From positions 2,864,784 to 2,928,783 of the forward strand of contig OY762227.1 in assembly GCA_963665485.1 (NCBI GenBank): DNA of 64,000 bases, given 5' to 3'. The translations under genes and the position numbers were made by a program. Shown piece after piece: positions 39,608-49,495 of this stretch; the stretch's first letter is position 1, and the number at the start of each line of letters is the position of its first letter. This DNA is from Bacteroidales bacterium. GTDB lineage: Bacteria > Bacteroidota > Bacteroidia > Bacteroidales > UBA4417. The notes below the pieces were generated by a model that saw only the letters and a program-made list of their open reading frames with translations, was not told the DNA's origin and did not search any database.

Positions 39608-40111
39608 GTTGATGGTTTTTGTTGTTGAAAGGGCAATAATAAGGGCGAAATTGTAGTGATAGAAAATTTTGTGTAAAGACTTATAATTTCAATTTGTGAA
39701 TTGTGACTCGTGATTTGTGAGTTTGAATTGAAATATGGAAAACTAAATATCCAAATCCCAATTCCCCGACATTTATTAAACGACCATCGAATAACTATTG
39801 AAATACCACGAATAACAACCCGTAAAACTACAATTATCTCCAAACATCACATCACTTTTTACCTAACGCAAATTTCCACGGTTTATGATTCAATTCTTTT
39901 AATTTTTTTGATAAGTTTTTATAAATACTCACCATACATCAATGTTGCTTTGTCAAAGGCTGTTTATAAATAATTCACTAATTTAAACCTTTCATGTGAT
40001 AGCAGTCAGGAATGTTAATAATTTTGGACACAATTCAGCTATCTCATCGTTAGTGTAAAGTACACTGATTTGTAACAAGAAAGCTTAGATTATTTCACCA
40101 AATACCTTTTA

Positions 40112-43105
40112 ATGCTCCTCCCAAAAATATTGATAAACAGATATAAATTCCTGATTCTGATGCACAGTCTGATACTCTGTATGTCAGGCCAGGCGCAGGT
40201 TTCAGTTCAAACGAACAGGGCTGAGCAACATTGGGTTGACTCGGTTTATAATGCACTAACTCCTCAGCAGCGGATTGGCCAGTTGTTTATGTTAAGGGCT
40301 AACTCAGATATTGATTCCCTTGAAATTCATCAACTTACCCGGCTTATCAAAGAGTATGATATAGGCGGATTATGTTTTTTCAAAGGAGGCCCGATAAGGC
40401 AGGCTATTCTTACAAATTACTATCAGAAACTGGCGCCAACACCATTGCTCATTTCGATGGATGCTGAGTGGGGACTTGGAATGCGGCTCGACAGTACCAT
40501 TTCCTTTGCCCGGCAAATGACAATGGGAGCAATAAGGAACGAACAACTTATAACTGAGTATGGACTCGCTATAGCGGCGCAACTTCGCAGAATGGGCGTT
40601 CATATTAGTTTTTCGCCTGTAGCTGATATCAATAGCAATCCGGCGAATCCGGTAATCAACATCAGGTCTTTCGGCGAACATAAGGAAGATGTAGCCCGAA
40701 AATCGGTTTTGTATATGAAAGCGCTTCAGCAGGATGGCATTATTTCGGTTGCCAAACATTTTCCCGGGCATGGTGATACTGACACTGATTCGCACCATGC
40801 TTTGCCTTTCATTGGCCATTCTGCTGCTGTTATTGATTCGTTGGATGTTTACCCATTCCGGGAACTGATTAATGCAGGCATAGATGGGATCATGGTAGCT
40901 CATCTTAATATTCCGGCATTGGACGCAACCAAAGATATTCCTTCAAGTCTTTCGCCGATTGTTATTGATTCGCTTTTGCGTAAAAAATTAGGATTTAATG
41001 GATTAGTATTTTCGGATGCATTGGATATGAAAGGTGTTTCCAATTTTAACGGGCCTGGTTCAGTTGAGTTTAAAGCGTTGAAAGCTGGAAATGATGTGTT
41101 GCTTCTTTCCGTTTCGGTTGAAAAAGCTGTGGCTGAAATTTTGCAGGCCATCGACAGCGGTTTTTACTCGCAGGATGAATTAGCTGTTCATTGTAAAAAG
41201 ATTCTTGCAAGTAAATATCGTTCCGGGCTTAATAAGCTTCAAGCTGTTCAGCTTGCAAATCTTTATAATGATCTTCATTTGCCTGAAGAAGTGAATCTGA
41301 ATATGGAATTGTACAGGAATGCGATTACTGTTTTGAAAAATGAAGGTAACATCCTGCCGATATTAACTACTGATACATTACATATAGCATCCTTAATGAT
41401 AGGTTACCCGGATATCCGAATGTTTCAGCAGCGCATTAATGATTATGCCAGGGTTGACCACTATATGTTACCTCGTGATGTGGATAAAAAAACAATTGAG
41501 GCAACACTCAAATATTTGAAAGACTATAACCTGGTTATTATTGGTATCAATAATACAATTCCGTCACCAGCGCGGAACTTTGGCATTTCTGATGCGACTA
41601 TAAACCTGGTTGATTCGTTGTTGGTTTCCAAACAATGTATTTTGAATTTGTTTACGCTTCCATACAGCATCAATCTTTTTAATAAAATAGATAAGGCAAA
41701 AGCAGTTGTGGTAGCCTATCAGGATAATATGGATGCCTACGATGCAGTTGTACAGATGATGTTTGGAGCAACTGCCGCCGGTAGCACTCTTCCTGTTGGA
41801 GTAAATAATGCTTTTCCAACCCACGCCGGACTTACAACAACCACTTCAGGTCGCTTAAGCTATAATCCTTACCAGGATAAAGGAATACATCCGGAGGACC
41901 TTGATGTAATTGACTCGATTGTTAATATCGGCCTGGATAAGAAAGCATATCCTGGTTGCCAGGTTCTCATAGCTAAAAATGGAAATGTCATTTACAGGAA
42001 GTCATTTGGAAATACTGATTATATTCATAAACAGTCGGTTAAGAATGATGATTTGTACGATATCGCTAGTGTTACCAAAGTTGCGGCTACAACTCTGGCA
42101 GTAATGAAGCTCTATGATGAAGGTAAGGTGAATCTGGACGAACCACTTTCAAAAACCTTGAAATACCTCGAAAACAGCAATAAGAAGAAAATCACTATAC
42201 GCGAAGTAATGACACACCAGTCGGGGCTGGTTGCCTGGATCCCTTTCTATCAGAAGACGCTGAAGAATGGTTATCCGGATAGTTCTATCTACAGAAAAGT
42301 AGTTTCAGATAATTTTCCGTACAGGGTGGCCGAAGGGATGTATCTCAGGAAAGACTACAGGCAGGCCATTCTTGATTCGATCATTCATTCTCCTTTATCG
42401 GAAAAGAAAGAATATAAATATAGTGATCTTGGTTTTATACTTATGCAACAGTTTGTCGAACAGGTTACAGGATGGAGCCTTGATCAGTATGTTGACGAAC
42501 AGTTTTATAAACCACTAGGCTTGAAAACGCTTACTTTCCACCCACGGGATAAATTTCCTTTAGGTCGGATTGTACCAACAGAAAATGACACGCTGTTCAG
42601 GCATCAGCTGGTACAGGGTGATGTGCATGACCAGGCGGCTGCATTGTTGGGTGGTGTTGCAGGGCATGCAGGATTATTCGGTACTTCAAATGATTTGGCT
42701 GTAATTTTGCAAATGTTGGTTCAAAACGGTTCATATGGTGACAGGCAATACATTAAACCTGAAACAGTTGCTCTGTTTACAAAACGGCAGTTTAAAGGAA
42801 ATCGCCGTGGACTCGGATTTGATAAACCTCAACTTGTACCTTCCGAACCAGGACCAGCTTGCGAAGAAGCTTCGAAAAACAGCTTTGGACATACTGGTTT
42901 TACCGGAACGTATATTTGGGCTGATCCGGATAATGATCTTATTATCGTTTTTCTTTCGAACCGCGTAAATCCTGACGCCGAGCCTAATAAACTCGTGCAG
43001 CTGGGCACACGGACCCAAATACAGCAAACTCTTTACCGTGCATTAAATAAAAATCTGAAACCCGGGCAACAATTGCAACGGAAGCCTGTTAATACAACAG
43101 AGTGA
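40112..43105 (+). CDS. GH3 beta-N-acetylglucosaminidase fused to a beta-lactamase-like serine hydrolase
   Basis: DAEWG, RSFGE, KHFPGHGDT..DSH, SDAL.M; SVTK (SxxK), YSD, GHTGFTG. Confidence 0.92.
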   Translation: MLLPKILINRYKFLILMHSLILCMSGQAQVSVQTNRAEQHWVDSVYNALTPQQRIGQLFMLRANSDIDSLEIHQLTRLIKEYDIGGLCFFKGGPIRQAILTNYYQKLAPTPLLISMDAEWGLGMRLDSTISFARQMTMGAIRNEQLITEYGLAIAAQLRRMGVHISFSPVADINSNPANPVINIRSFGEHKEDVARKSVLYMKALQQDGIISVAKHFPGHGDTDTDSHHALPFIGHSAAVIDSLDVYPFRELINAGIDGIMVAHLNIPALDATKDIPSSLSPIVIDSLLRKKLGFNGLVFSDALDMKGVSNFNGPGSVEFKALKAGNDVLLLSVSVEKAVAEILQAIDSGFYSQDELAVHCKKILASKYRSGLNKLQAVQLANLYNDLHLPEEVNLNMELYRNAITVLKNEGNILPILTTDTLHIASLMIGYPDIRMFQQRINDYARVDHYMLPRDVDKKTIEATLKYLKDYNLVIIGINNTIPSPARNFGISDATINLVDSLLVSKQCILNLFTLPYSINLFNKIDKAKAVVVAYQDNMDAYDAVVQMMFGATAAGSTLPVGVNNAFPTHAGLTTTTSGRLSYNPYQDKGIHPEDLDVIDSIVNIGLDKKAYPGCQVLIAKNGNVIYRKSFGNTDYIHKQSVKNDDLYDIASVTKVAATTLAVMKLYDEGKVNLDEPLSKTLKYLENSNKKKITIREVMTHQSGLVAWIPFYQKTLKNGYPDSSIYRKVVSDNFPYRVAEGMYLRKDYRQAILDSIIHSPLSEKKEYKYSDLGFILMQQFVEQVTGWSLDQYVDEQFYKPLGLKTLTFHPRDKFPLGRIVPTENDTLFRHQLVQGDVHDQAAALLGGVAGHAGLFGTSNDLAVILQMLVQNGSYGDRQYIKPETVALFTKRQFKGNRRGLGFDKPQLVPSEPGPACEEASKNSFGHTGFTGTYIWADPDNDLIIVFLSNRVNPDAEPNKLVQLGTRTQIQQTLYRALNKNLKPGQQLQRKPVNTTE

Positions 43106-43216
43106 AAATAGTTATTGGTAAAAGTTAATCGGAAATAGTTAGTCGGAAATGGTTTAAGGTTCAATAGCAGATAATCTAAGGTTATGGTTAAATAGCTTGT
43201 TAACTCAACAATTTAT

Positions 43217-43352
43217 TGACTATCGAATGAGACAACTACATTTTTCCAAAACTCTCCAAAAACTCAATCCTCTACAACTGAATGACTATTGAATGACAAC
43301 TCCTCCTTCCAAAACTCTCCAATAACCCAATCCTCAACAATTGAATGACAAC
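43217..43352. repeat. Imperfect ~63-bp direct repeat upstream of tpx
   Basis: TTCCAAAACTCTCCAA at 43244 and 43307, with similar flanks. Confidence 0.7.
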
Positions 43353-43405
43353 CTAATAATCGCATATTTATAACAATCAATTAATATCATTAAAATTTCA
43401 AAAAC

Positions 43406-43906
43406 ATGTCAAAAGTAACTTTAAAAGGTAGCCCTGTAAACACGATTGGGGAATTACCTGCAGTGGGAACAAAAGCACCTGAATTTTCGCTGGTTGGAAG
43501 CAATTTAGCCGATGTAAAGAACAATGATTTTGCCGGTAAACGAGTGGTTTTAAACATTTTTCCAAGCCTTGATACAGCTACCTGCGCAGCTTCGGTAAGG
43601 CGTTTCAATGTTGAAGCAGCTAAATTAAAAGACGCAGTTGTTGTATGTATTTCAAAAGATCTGCCATTTGCTCACGGTCGTTTCTGTGTTGCCGAAGGAA
43701 TCGCTAACGTGGTTTCAGCATCCGAATTCCGTAGCAATAATTTTGGTAAAAGTTATGGCGTTATGATTACCGATGGTCCTTTGCAAGGATTAATGGCCCG
43801 CGCAGTAGTTGTTCTCGATAAAGATGGCACCGTTTTGTACAATCAGTTGGTACCTGAAATTACAGAAGAACCTGACTATCAGCCTGCATTGGATTCGTTG
43901 AAATAA
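43406..43906 (+). CDS. tpx: Thiol peroxidase
   Basis: FPSLDTATC, SKDLPFA..RFC. Confidence 0.96.
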   Translation: MSKVTLKGSPVNTIGELPAVGTKAPEFSLVGSNLADVKNNDFAGKRVVLNIFPSLDTATCAASVRRFNVEAAKLKDAVVVCISKDLPFAHGRFCVAEGIANVVSASEFRSNNFGKSYGVMITDGPLQGLMARAVVVLDKDGTVLYNQLVPEITEEPDYQPALDSLK

Positions 43907-43920
43907 TCTGGAGCGGATAT

Positions 43921-43950
43921 TTTGACAACCCGAAATTAATTGTACCTTTG
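43921..43950 (+). promoter_or_regulatory. Promoter of tRNA-Leu
   Basis: TTTG-N18-TACCTTTG. Confidence 0.75.
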
Positions 43951-43967
43951 CGCCACAATATGCTTCT

Positions 43968-44049
43968 GCGGATGTGGCGTAATTGGTAGCCGCGCCAGAC
44001 TTAGGATCTGGTGTCGAGAGACGTATGGGTTCGAGTCCCTTCATCCGCA
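43968..44049 (+). tRNA. tRNA-Leu(UAG)
   Basis: GCGGATG/CATCCGC-A acceptor stem, CCAGA-CTTAGGA-TCTGG anticodon arm, long variable arm, TTCGAGT T-loop. Confidence 0.96.
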
Positions 44050-44296
44050 CAAATTTTGATCTAAGCTGCTTTTTTGCAGCTTTTTTCTTTAATAATGGAT
44101 GAAAGGACGAGAAGTTTATCCCGACGCAGGAGGGAAGTCCCTTCATCCGCACAAATTTTGTTTAAAGCTGCTTTTTTGCAGCTTTTTTCATTTAATAATG
44201 GATGAAAGGACGAGAAGTTTATCCCGACGCAGGAGGGAAGTCCCTTCATCCGCACAATTTTTGATTTAAGCTGCTTTTTTGCAGCTTTTTTCATTT
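44034..44296 (+). repeat. tRNA-linked tandem repeat, about 2.6 units of 102-103 bp
   Basis: AGTCCCTTCATCCGCAC at 44034, 44136 and 44239, each followed by an AAGCTGC-T6-GCAGCTT terminator. Confidence 0.95.
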
Positions 44297-44498
44297 TTGG
44301 GCCAAAAAGAGAATTATAAGGGTTCGTATTCTATTCAGGATATAAATAAACTCATTTTGCTATATATTTATACGATTTCGTAGTATAAATCATTAAAAAT
44401 GCTACCTTTGCAGACTTATTTATCATGCTTTAGCAAGGAGAATAAGTCTCAGATAATCAATTTAATACAGAATATTCAAACTCATCTTTTTTAATACA

Positions 44499-45860
44499 AT
44501 GGAAATTACCAGGGAAAATACCGGCGAATTAACCGCTACCATCAAAATGGTGATCAGCCCGGCTGACCACAACGAGAGTGTAACTAAGATTTTAAAAGAT
44601 TATCAGCGCAAAGCAAATGTGCCGGGTTTTCGTCCGGGTCATGTACCTTTCGGAATGATTAAAAAACTTTACGGAGGTGCCGTATTTGCTGACGAAGTAA
44701 ACAAACTGGTTTCCGACAAACTGCATCAGTATATCCAGGACGAAAAACTCGATATTCTTGGACAGCCGTTACCAAACACTTCACTTACTCAGGAATTCGA
44801 CTGGAAAGAAGGAGATGATATAGAATTCTTTTTCGACCTGGGAATGACACCTTCATTTGATTTTGTGCTCGACGAAAATATTGCTGTCGATTACCACGTT
44901 ATTAAAGTTGATGACACTATGGTTGACAAATATCTCGACGATATGCGTCAGCGTTTTGGTACACTCACAAATCCTGACGTTGTTGGTGAAAAAGATGTTG
45001 TTACCGGCGATTTTGTTCAGCTTGATGCTGACGGAAATGAACTTGAAGGTGGAATATCACATGCTTCAAAAGTTACAATCGACCTGATCGCAGATACTGT
45101 TGTGAAAAGCAAATTAGTGGGAGCTAAGGTTGGCGATGTTGTTGTTTTTAACCCGCTGAAAGCAACCGGAAATGCTGTTGAAGCATCTGCTATGCTTGGA
45201 ATTACCAAAGAAGAAGTTGAAGGTCTGGAATCTGATTTTAAATTCGCTATCAGCGAAATCAGCACGATGAGCCCTGCCGAAATGAACGAAGAATTCTTCG
45301 ATAAAGTTTTCCCGGCTGCTGAAATTAAAACGGAAGAAGAGTTCCGTAATCAGGTTCGCAACGAATCGGAAAAAGCATTTGTAGCCGACAGCGATCATTT
45401 ATTTGCGCATCATATGCAGGAAAAACTGGTTGAGTCGGTTTCAGTAAATTTGCCTGACGAATTTATGAAGCGCTGGCTTGTCGAAAGCAACGAAGGTAAA
45501 CTTACTGCCGAAGATATCGAACGCGACTACAGCAAATATGCCGAAGGCATGAAATGGCAACTGATCGAAAACAAGATCATCAAAGAAGCCGGCATCCAGG
45601 TTGAGGACCAGGAAATAAAGGATTATGTAAAAGATTACTACCTGCAAGGCTGGCGTACTCTGCAATTAACTGAGGATCTGCTCGAAAGGCTTGAATCCAT
45701 TGCTGATTCTTTCATTAAAGATAAACCTAATGAAGTACGCCGCATCGTTGATTCGTTATACGGTCAGCGTGTTTCCGCATATGTTAAATCGAAAGTTAAA
45801 CTGGTAAATAAAGAAATCAGTTACGACGAATTTATTAAATTAGATGCCGAAAAACACTAA
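44499..45860 (+). CDS. tig: Trigger factor
   Basis: PGFRPGHVP; position upstream of clpP-clpX; -7 box at 44403-44410. Confidence 0.95.
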   Translation: MEITRENTGELTATIKMVISPADHNESVTKILKDYQRKANVPGFRPGHVPFGMIKKLYGGAVFADEVNKLVSDKLHQYIQDEKLDILGQPLPNTSLTQEFDWKEGDDIEFFFDLGMTPSFDFVLDENIAVDYHVIKVDDTMVDKYLDDMRQRFGTLTNPDVVGEKDVVTGDFVQLDADGNELEGGISHASKVTIDLIADTVVKSKLVGAKVGDVVVFNPLKATGNAVEASAMLGITKEEVEGLESDFKFAISEISTMSPAEMNEEFFDKVFPAAEIKTEEEFRNQVRNESEKAFVADSDHLFAHHMQEKLVESVSVNLPDEFMKRWLVESNEGKLTAEDIERDYSKYAEGMKWQLIENKIIKEAGIQVEDQEIKDYVKDYYLQGWRTLQLTEDLLERLESIADSFIKDKPNEVRRIVDSLYGQRVSAYVKSKVKLVNKEISYDEFIKLDAEKH

Positions 45861-45863
45861 AAT

Positions 45864-46550
45864 ATGAACATGCACAACGAGTTTCGCAAATATGCCGTTC
45901 ATCACCGCGGCATAAGCAGTACCTCACTTAACAGGTACGCTTCTGTAGCACAAGGATATATTTCCCCAACCATTATCGAGGAGCGTCAGCTGAATGTAGC
46001 TACCATGGATGTTTTCTCGCGTTTAATGATGGACCGTATTATTTTCCTTGGTGTTCCGATTGATGATTATGTTGCCAATATTATTCAGGCACAATTGCTC
46101 TTCCTCGAATCGGTAGATTCTAAACGTGATATTCAGATATACCTGAATACTCCCGGAGGCTCTGTTTATGCCGGTTTAGGAATCTACGATACCATGCAAT
46201 ACATTGCTCCCGACGTAGCCACAATCTGTACAGGTATGGCTGCTTCAATGGGCGCCGTTTTACTTTGTGCCGGCGAAAAAGGGAAACGTACAGCATTAAG
46301 GCATTCACGTATCCTTATCCATCAGCCTATGGGTGGTGCCGAAGGACAAGCGTCGGACATTGAGATTACTACCCGTGAAATTCTGAAACTGAAGAAAGAA
46401 CTGTACGACATTATTGCTTCCCATAGTGGCCAGACTTTTAAGAAAATTGAAAAGGATTCGGACCGCGATTACTGGATGACTGCCGAAGAAGCAAAAGCGT
46501 ATGGCATGATTGATGAGTTGTTGGTAAGAGAACCAAAAGAGATAAAATAG
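45864..46550 (+). CDS. clpP: ATP-dependent Clp protease proteolytic subunit
   Basis: DVFSRL, NTPGG, AASMGA, IHQP, DRDYWM. Confidence 0.98.
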   Translation: MNMHNEFRKYAVHHRGISSTSLNRYASVAQGYISPTIIEERQLNVATMDVFSRLMMDRIIFLGVPIDDYVANIIQAQLLFLESVDSKRDIQIYLNTPGGSVYAGLGIYDTMQYIAPDVATICTGMAASMGAVLLCAGEKGKRTALRHSRILIHQPMGGAEGQASDIEITTREILKLKKELYDIIASHSGQTFKKIEKDSDRDYWMTAEEAKAYGMIDELLVREPKEIK

Positions 46551-46566
46551 ACATATATTGGCATTG

Positions 46567-46614
46567 AACTTCCGGCAAGAGTAGAAGAAATTTCAACTTT
46601 TGCCGGAAGTTTTT
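46567..46614 (+). terminator. Terminator-like hairpin between clpP and clpX
   Basis: AACTTCCGGCAA/TTGCCGGAAGTT plus TTT. Confidence 0.65.
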
Positions 46615-46719
46615 GTAACTTTACACCTCAAAGGATATTAATAAGTATGCAGTCTTTTAGTTGACCCTTGCTCTTGACTCAAGGAGGATTTAAGCGGATT
46701 TTATAATTTATTGAAGAAC

Positions 46720-47955
46720 ATGACAAAAAAAGAAGAACGTTGCTCCTTTTGTGGAAGGCCTAAGCGCGAAACAAATATACTTATAGCCGGCCTCGAAGCC
46801 CATATCTGTGATTACTGTATTGACCAGGCTAAGGAGATAATGCGTGAAGAGGTTAAACATACCAAGACAACTGACAATAAACTGCTGGATACTCCTAAAC
46901 CACAGGAAATCAAAGCCTACCTTGACAAGTTTGTTATTGGACAGGATGATTCGAAACGTGTTCTGGCAGTGGCTGTTTACAATCATTTCAAGCGTATAAA
47001 TCAGCCTGCCTCGAAGAGTAAGGATGACGTTGAAATTGATAAATCCAATATTATCCTGGTGGGTGAAACCGGTACCGGAAAAACTTTGCTTGCCCGTACA
47101 ATTGCCCGCTTGCTCCAGGTTCCTTTTTGCATTGCTGATGCGACTGTTTTAACTGAAGCCGGTTATGTAGGTGAAGACGTTGAAAGCATACTCAGCCGCT
47201 TGCTTCAGGCAGCTGATTATAATGTTGCAGCTGCTGAAAGAGGCATTGTGTTTATTGATGAAATTGATAAAATTTCGCGCAAAAGCGACAATCCTTCCAT
47301 TACCCGTGATGTTTCGGGCGAAGGTGTTCAGCAAGCTTTGCTAAAATTACTCGAAGGAACAGATGTAAATGTTCCGCCGCAAGGAGGACGTAAACATCCT
47401 GAACAGAAAATGATCCTGGTTAACACCCGGAATATTTTGTTTATTTCCGGTGGCGCATTCGATGGCATTGACAAAAAAATTGCTGCCCGCATGCAAACTA
47501 ATATAATAGGGTATACTAACGATCGTGAGAAAGATGTTATTGACCGGCACAACCTTCTGCAATATGTTGCGCCCCAGGATTTAAAAAGCTTTGGACTTAT
47601 TCCTGAACTGGTTGGCCGTTTCCCGGTTGTAACTTACCTGAACCCGCTTAGCCGTGAAGTGCTTATCCGTATTCTTACTGAGCCGCAGAATGCTCTTATA
47701 AAACAGTTTGTTCGTTTGTTCGAGATGGATAATGTAACCTTGACATTTACTGATGATGTTTACGAGTACATTGTTGATAAAGCCATCGAGTTCCGGACAG
47801 GTGCACGTGGCTTACGCTCCATACTTGAAGCTATACTCACCGATGCCATGTTCGATATTCCTTCTCAACCTAAACATTCCGATCTGGTGATCGATCGTGC
47901 CTATGCAGCCGAAAAGCTTGGGAAAACCAATATTGCACGACTCAAAGTAGCATAA
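46720..47955 (+). CDS. clpX: ATP-dependent Clp protease ATP-binding subunit
   Basis: CSFC...ICDYC zinc finger, [26 protein letters not shown]. Confidence 0.98.
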   Translation: MTKKEERCSFCGRPKRETNILIAGLEAHICDYCIDQAKEIMREEVKHTKTTDNKLLDTPKPQEIKAYLDKFVIGQDDSKRVLAVAVYNHFKRINQPASKSKDDVEIDKSNIILVGETGTGKTLLARTIARLLQVPFCIADATVLTEAGYVGEDVESILSRLLQAADYNVAAAERGIVFIDEIDKISRKSDNPSITRDVSGEGVQQALLKLLEGTDVNVPPQGGRKHPEQKMILVNTRNILFISGGAFDGIDKKIAARMQTNIIGYTNDREKDVIDRHNLLQYVAPQDLKSFGLIPELVGRFPVVTYLNPLSREVLIRILTEPQNALIKQFVRLFEMDNVTLTFTDDVYEYIVDKAIEFRTGARGLRSILEAILTDAMFDIPSQPKHSDLVIDRAYAAEKLGKTNIARLKVA

Positions 47956-48070
47956 CTGTTCTTCTTTAATCGTTGAATCATATTTTCTTTTTGGGTTATC
48001 CAATAAAAATGCCTTTTCAATTGTTATAACAACGGCACAATTATTGAATCATTTCAAAAAAAACTGTTCC

Positions 48071-48667
48071 ATGAAGTTCTTTTTGCTTGGTTTACTGGCA
48101 ATGGTACCATTCCTTATTTCTGCTCAGGGCATTCTTAATCCGCATGATGCCGAAGGGTATCACGTTGCCGGAATTGTAGATAAGGGTGATACTATGGCTA
48201 TAATGAACCTGGCCGAAGTACAGATCTGGGGGAATAAAGCAATGCGTAATCCGGCCGAAGCAAGGCAGTGGGAACGTCTGGTACGGAATGTTAAAAAAGC
48301 ATATCCTTACGCCAAACTGGCTGGCATCAAATTTATAGAGTATAACCAGAAAATTGCAAGCATTAAAAGCGAAAAGGTTCAGAAAGCCATGATGAAACAG
48401 GCTGAGGATGAAATTGAGGCTCAGTTTGGTAATGAATTAAAGGATTTAACCATTACGCAAGGAAAGATTTTATTGAAACTAATTGACAGGCAGACTAACA
48501 ATTGCTCTTACGATATTGTTGTAGACTTCAGGGGACGTTTCAGGGCCTTCTTCTACCAATCTTTCGCCCGCTTATTTGGTTACAACCTGAAAGTAAAATA
48601 CGATCCGCTCGGAACTGATGCCGATATTGAGCGGATAGTTCTCATGATTGAGAATGGAACTATTTAA
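48071..48667 (+). CDS. DUF4294 family protein
   Basis: LVRNVKKAYPYA, LTITQGKILLKLIDRQT, ARLFGYNLK. Confidence 0.85.
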   Translation: MKFFLLGLLAMVPFLISAQGILNPHDAEGYHVAGIVDKGDTMAIMNLAEVQIWGNKAMRNPAEARQWERLVRNVKKAYPYAKLAGIKFIEYNQKIASIKSEKVQKAMMKQAEDEIEAQFGNELKDLTITQGKILLKLIDRQTNNCSYDIVVDFRGRFRAFFYQSFARLFGYNLKVKYDPLGTDADIERIVLMIENGTI

Positions 48668-48844
48668 GAAATCCTCAGCATTTTTTAATCTGTAACTGCC
48701 GTAAAAATGGCGATCAGGTTCTCGGTACCTGGTAGTTTAAATTGATTGAATCCTGTTTTCACCCGGGTCTCATTTTCGAAGAATCCTCTCCATATGATTC
48801 CGGAAAAATAAGTTGAAAAAGCTCAATTTCTGAGATATTCTGGC

Positions 48845-49375
48845 CTAAGCCATTACAATTTCTCTCTGGAATCTTGCAAATTGGAGATACTTGATTTCAC
48901 TGATCCTATCCGGATAAGAAAGTATTTTCATTGCGACTGGTTCATCGCCTGCATGATATGCCGGCTGATAATGATTATGCTCATTCACCTTAAAATTAAG
49001 TGATTCGTAAAAACGTAACCGGCTACGTGAAATATCATCAACTGGTAGATCAATCTCCAGAATAACTGAAATAGGGTTACTTTCAATAAAGGATTTTAAA
49101 ATAGTATTTCCAAGCCCCTGATTTCTGAATTCAGGAGCAATAGCCAGGTGCTCTATAAAAATGAATTCCTTTGTTGCCCAGAAAGAAATAAATCCAATAA
49201 ACAGATGGCCAGAAACATACGTATAGAGGAAGTAGTCTGGTTTATTGAAAATATCGGATTGCTGAGCGCTTATCCTTCTTTCATTAAGCGGAAAACTTGA
49301 TGTATATACACTCCAGAATTCAGCATTAAACTGATCGTCAGGATTCTTTATCTGTTGAATCTTAAGTTGATGCAT
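48845..49375 (-). CDS. GNAT family N-acetyltransferase
   Basis: IEHLAIAPEFRNQGLG, RLRFYE, YQP. Confidence 0.88.
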   Translation of the reverse strand: MHQLKIQQIKNPDDQFNAEFWSVYTSSFPLNERRISAQQSDIFNKPDYFLYTYVSGHLFIGFISFWATKEFIFIEHLAIAPEFRNQGLGNTILKSFIESNPISVILEIDLPVDDISRSRLRFYESLNFKVNEHNHYQPAYHAGDEPVAMKILSYPDRISEIKYLQFARFQREIVMA

Positions 49376-49495
49376 GGCAATTAACTGGTGTAAGCAGGGT
49401 ATTACAACTTAAAAGACTGAGATTACTCCATCTCCATGAATTGCGCTTCCCCTATTCGTCTCTCGTTATGCCTTCCCTTGCCACGTCTTCCGGAC

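Noticed and set aside
43790-44294. Minus-strand ORFs 43790-44152 and 44061-44294
   Set aside because: They are antisense translations of tpx, the tRNA and its repeats.
44034-44296. CRISPR array interpretation of the tRNA-linked repeats
   Set aside because: Whole units are near-identical with no unique spacers, and no cas genes are present in the window.
46681-46687. AAGGAGG upstream of clpX as a Shine-Dalgarno
   Set aside because: It lies more than 20 nt from either candidate start codon.
48680-48830. Short minus-strand reading frame (GIIWRGFFENETRVK...)
   Set aside because: No start codon before the upstream stop and no recognisable family.
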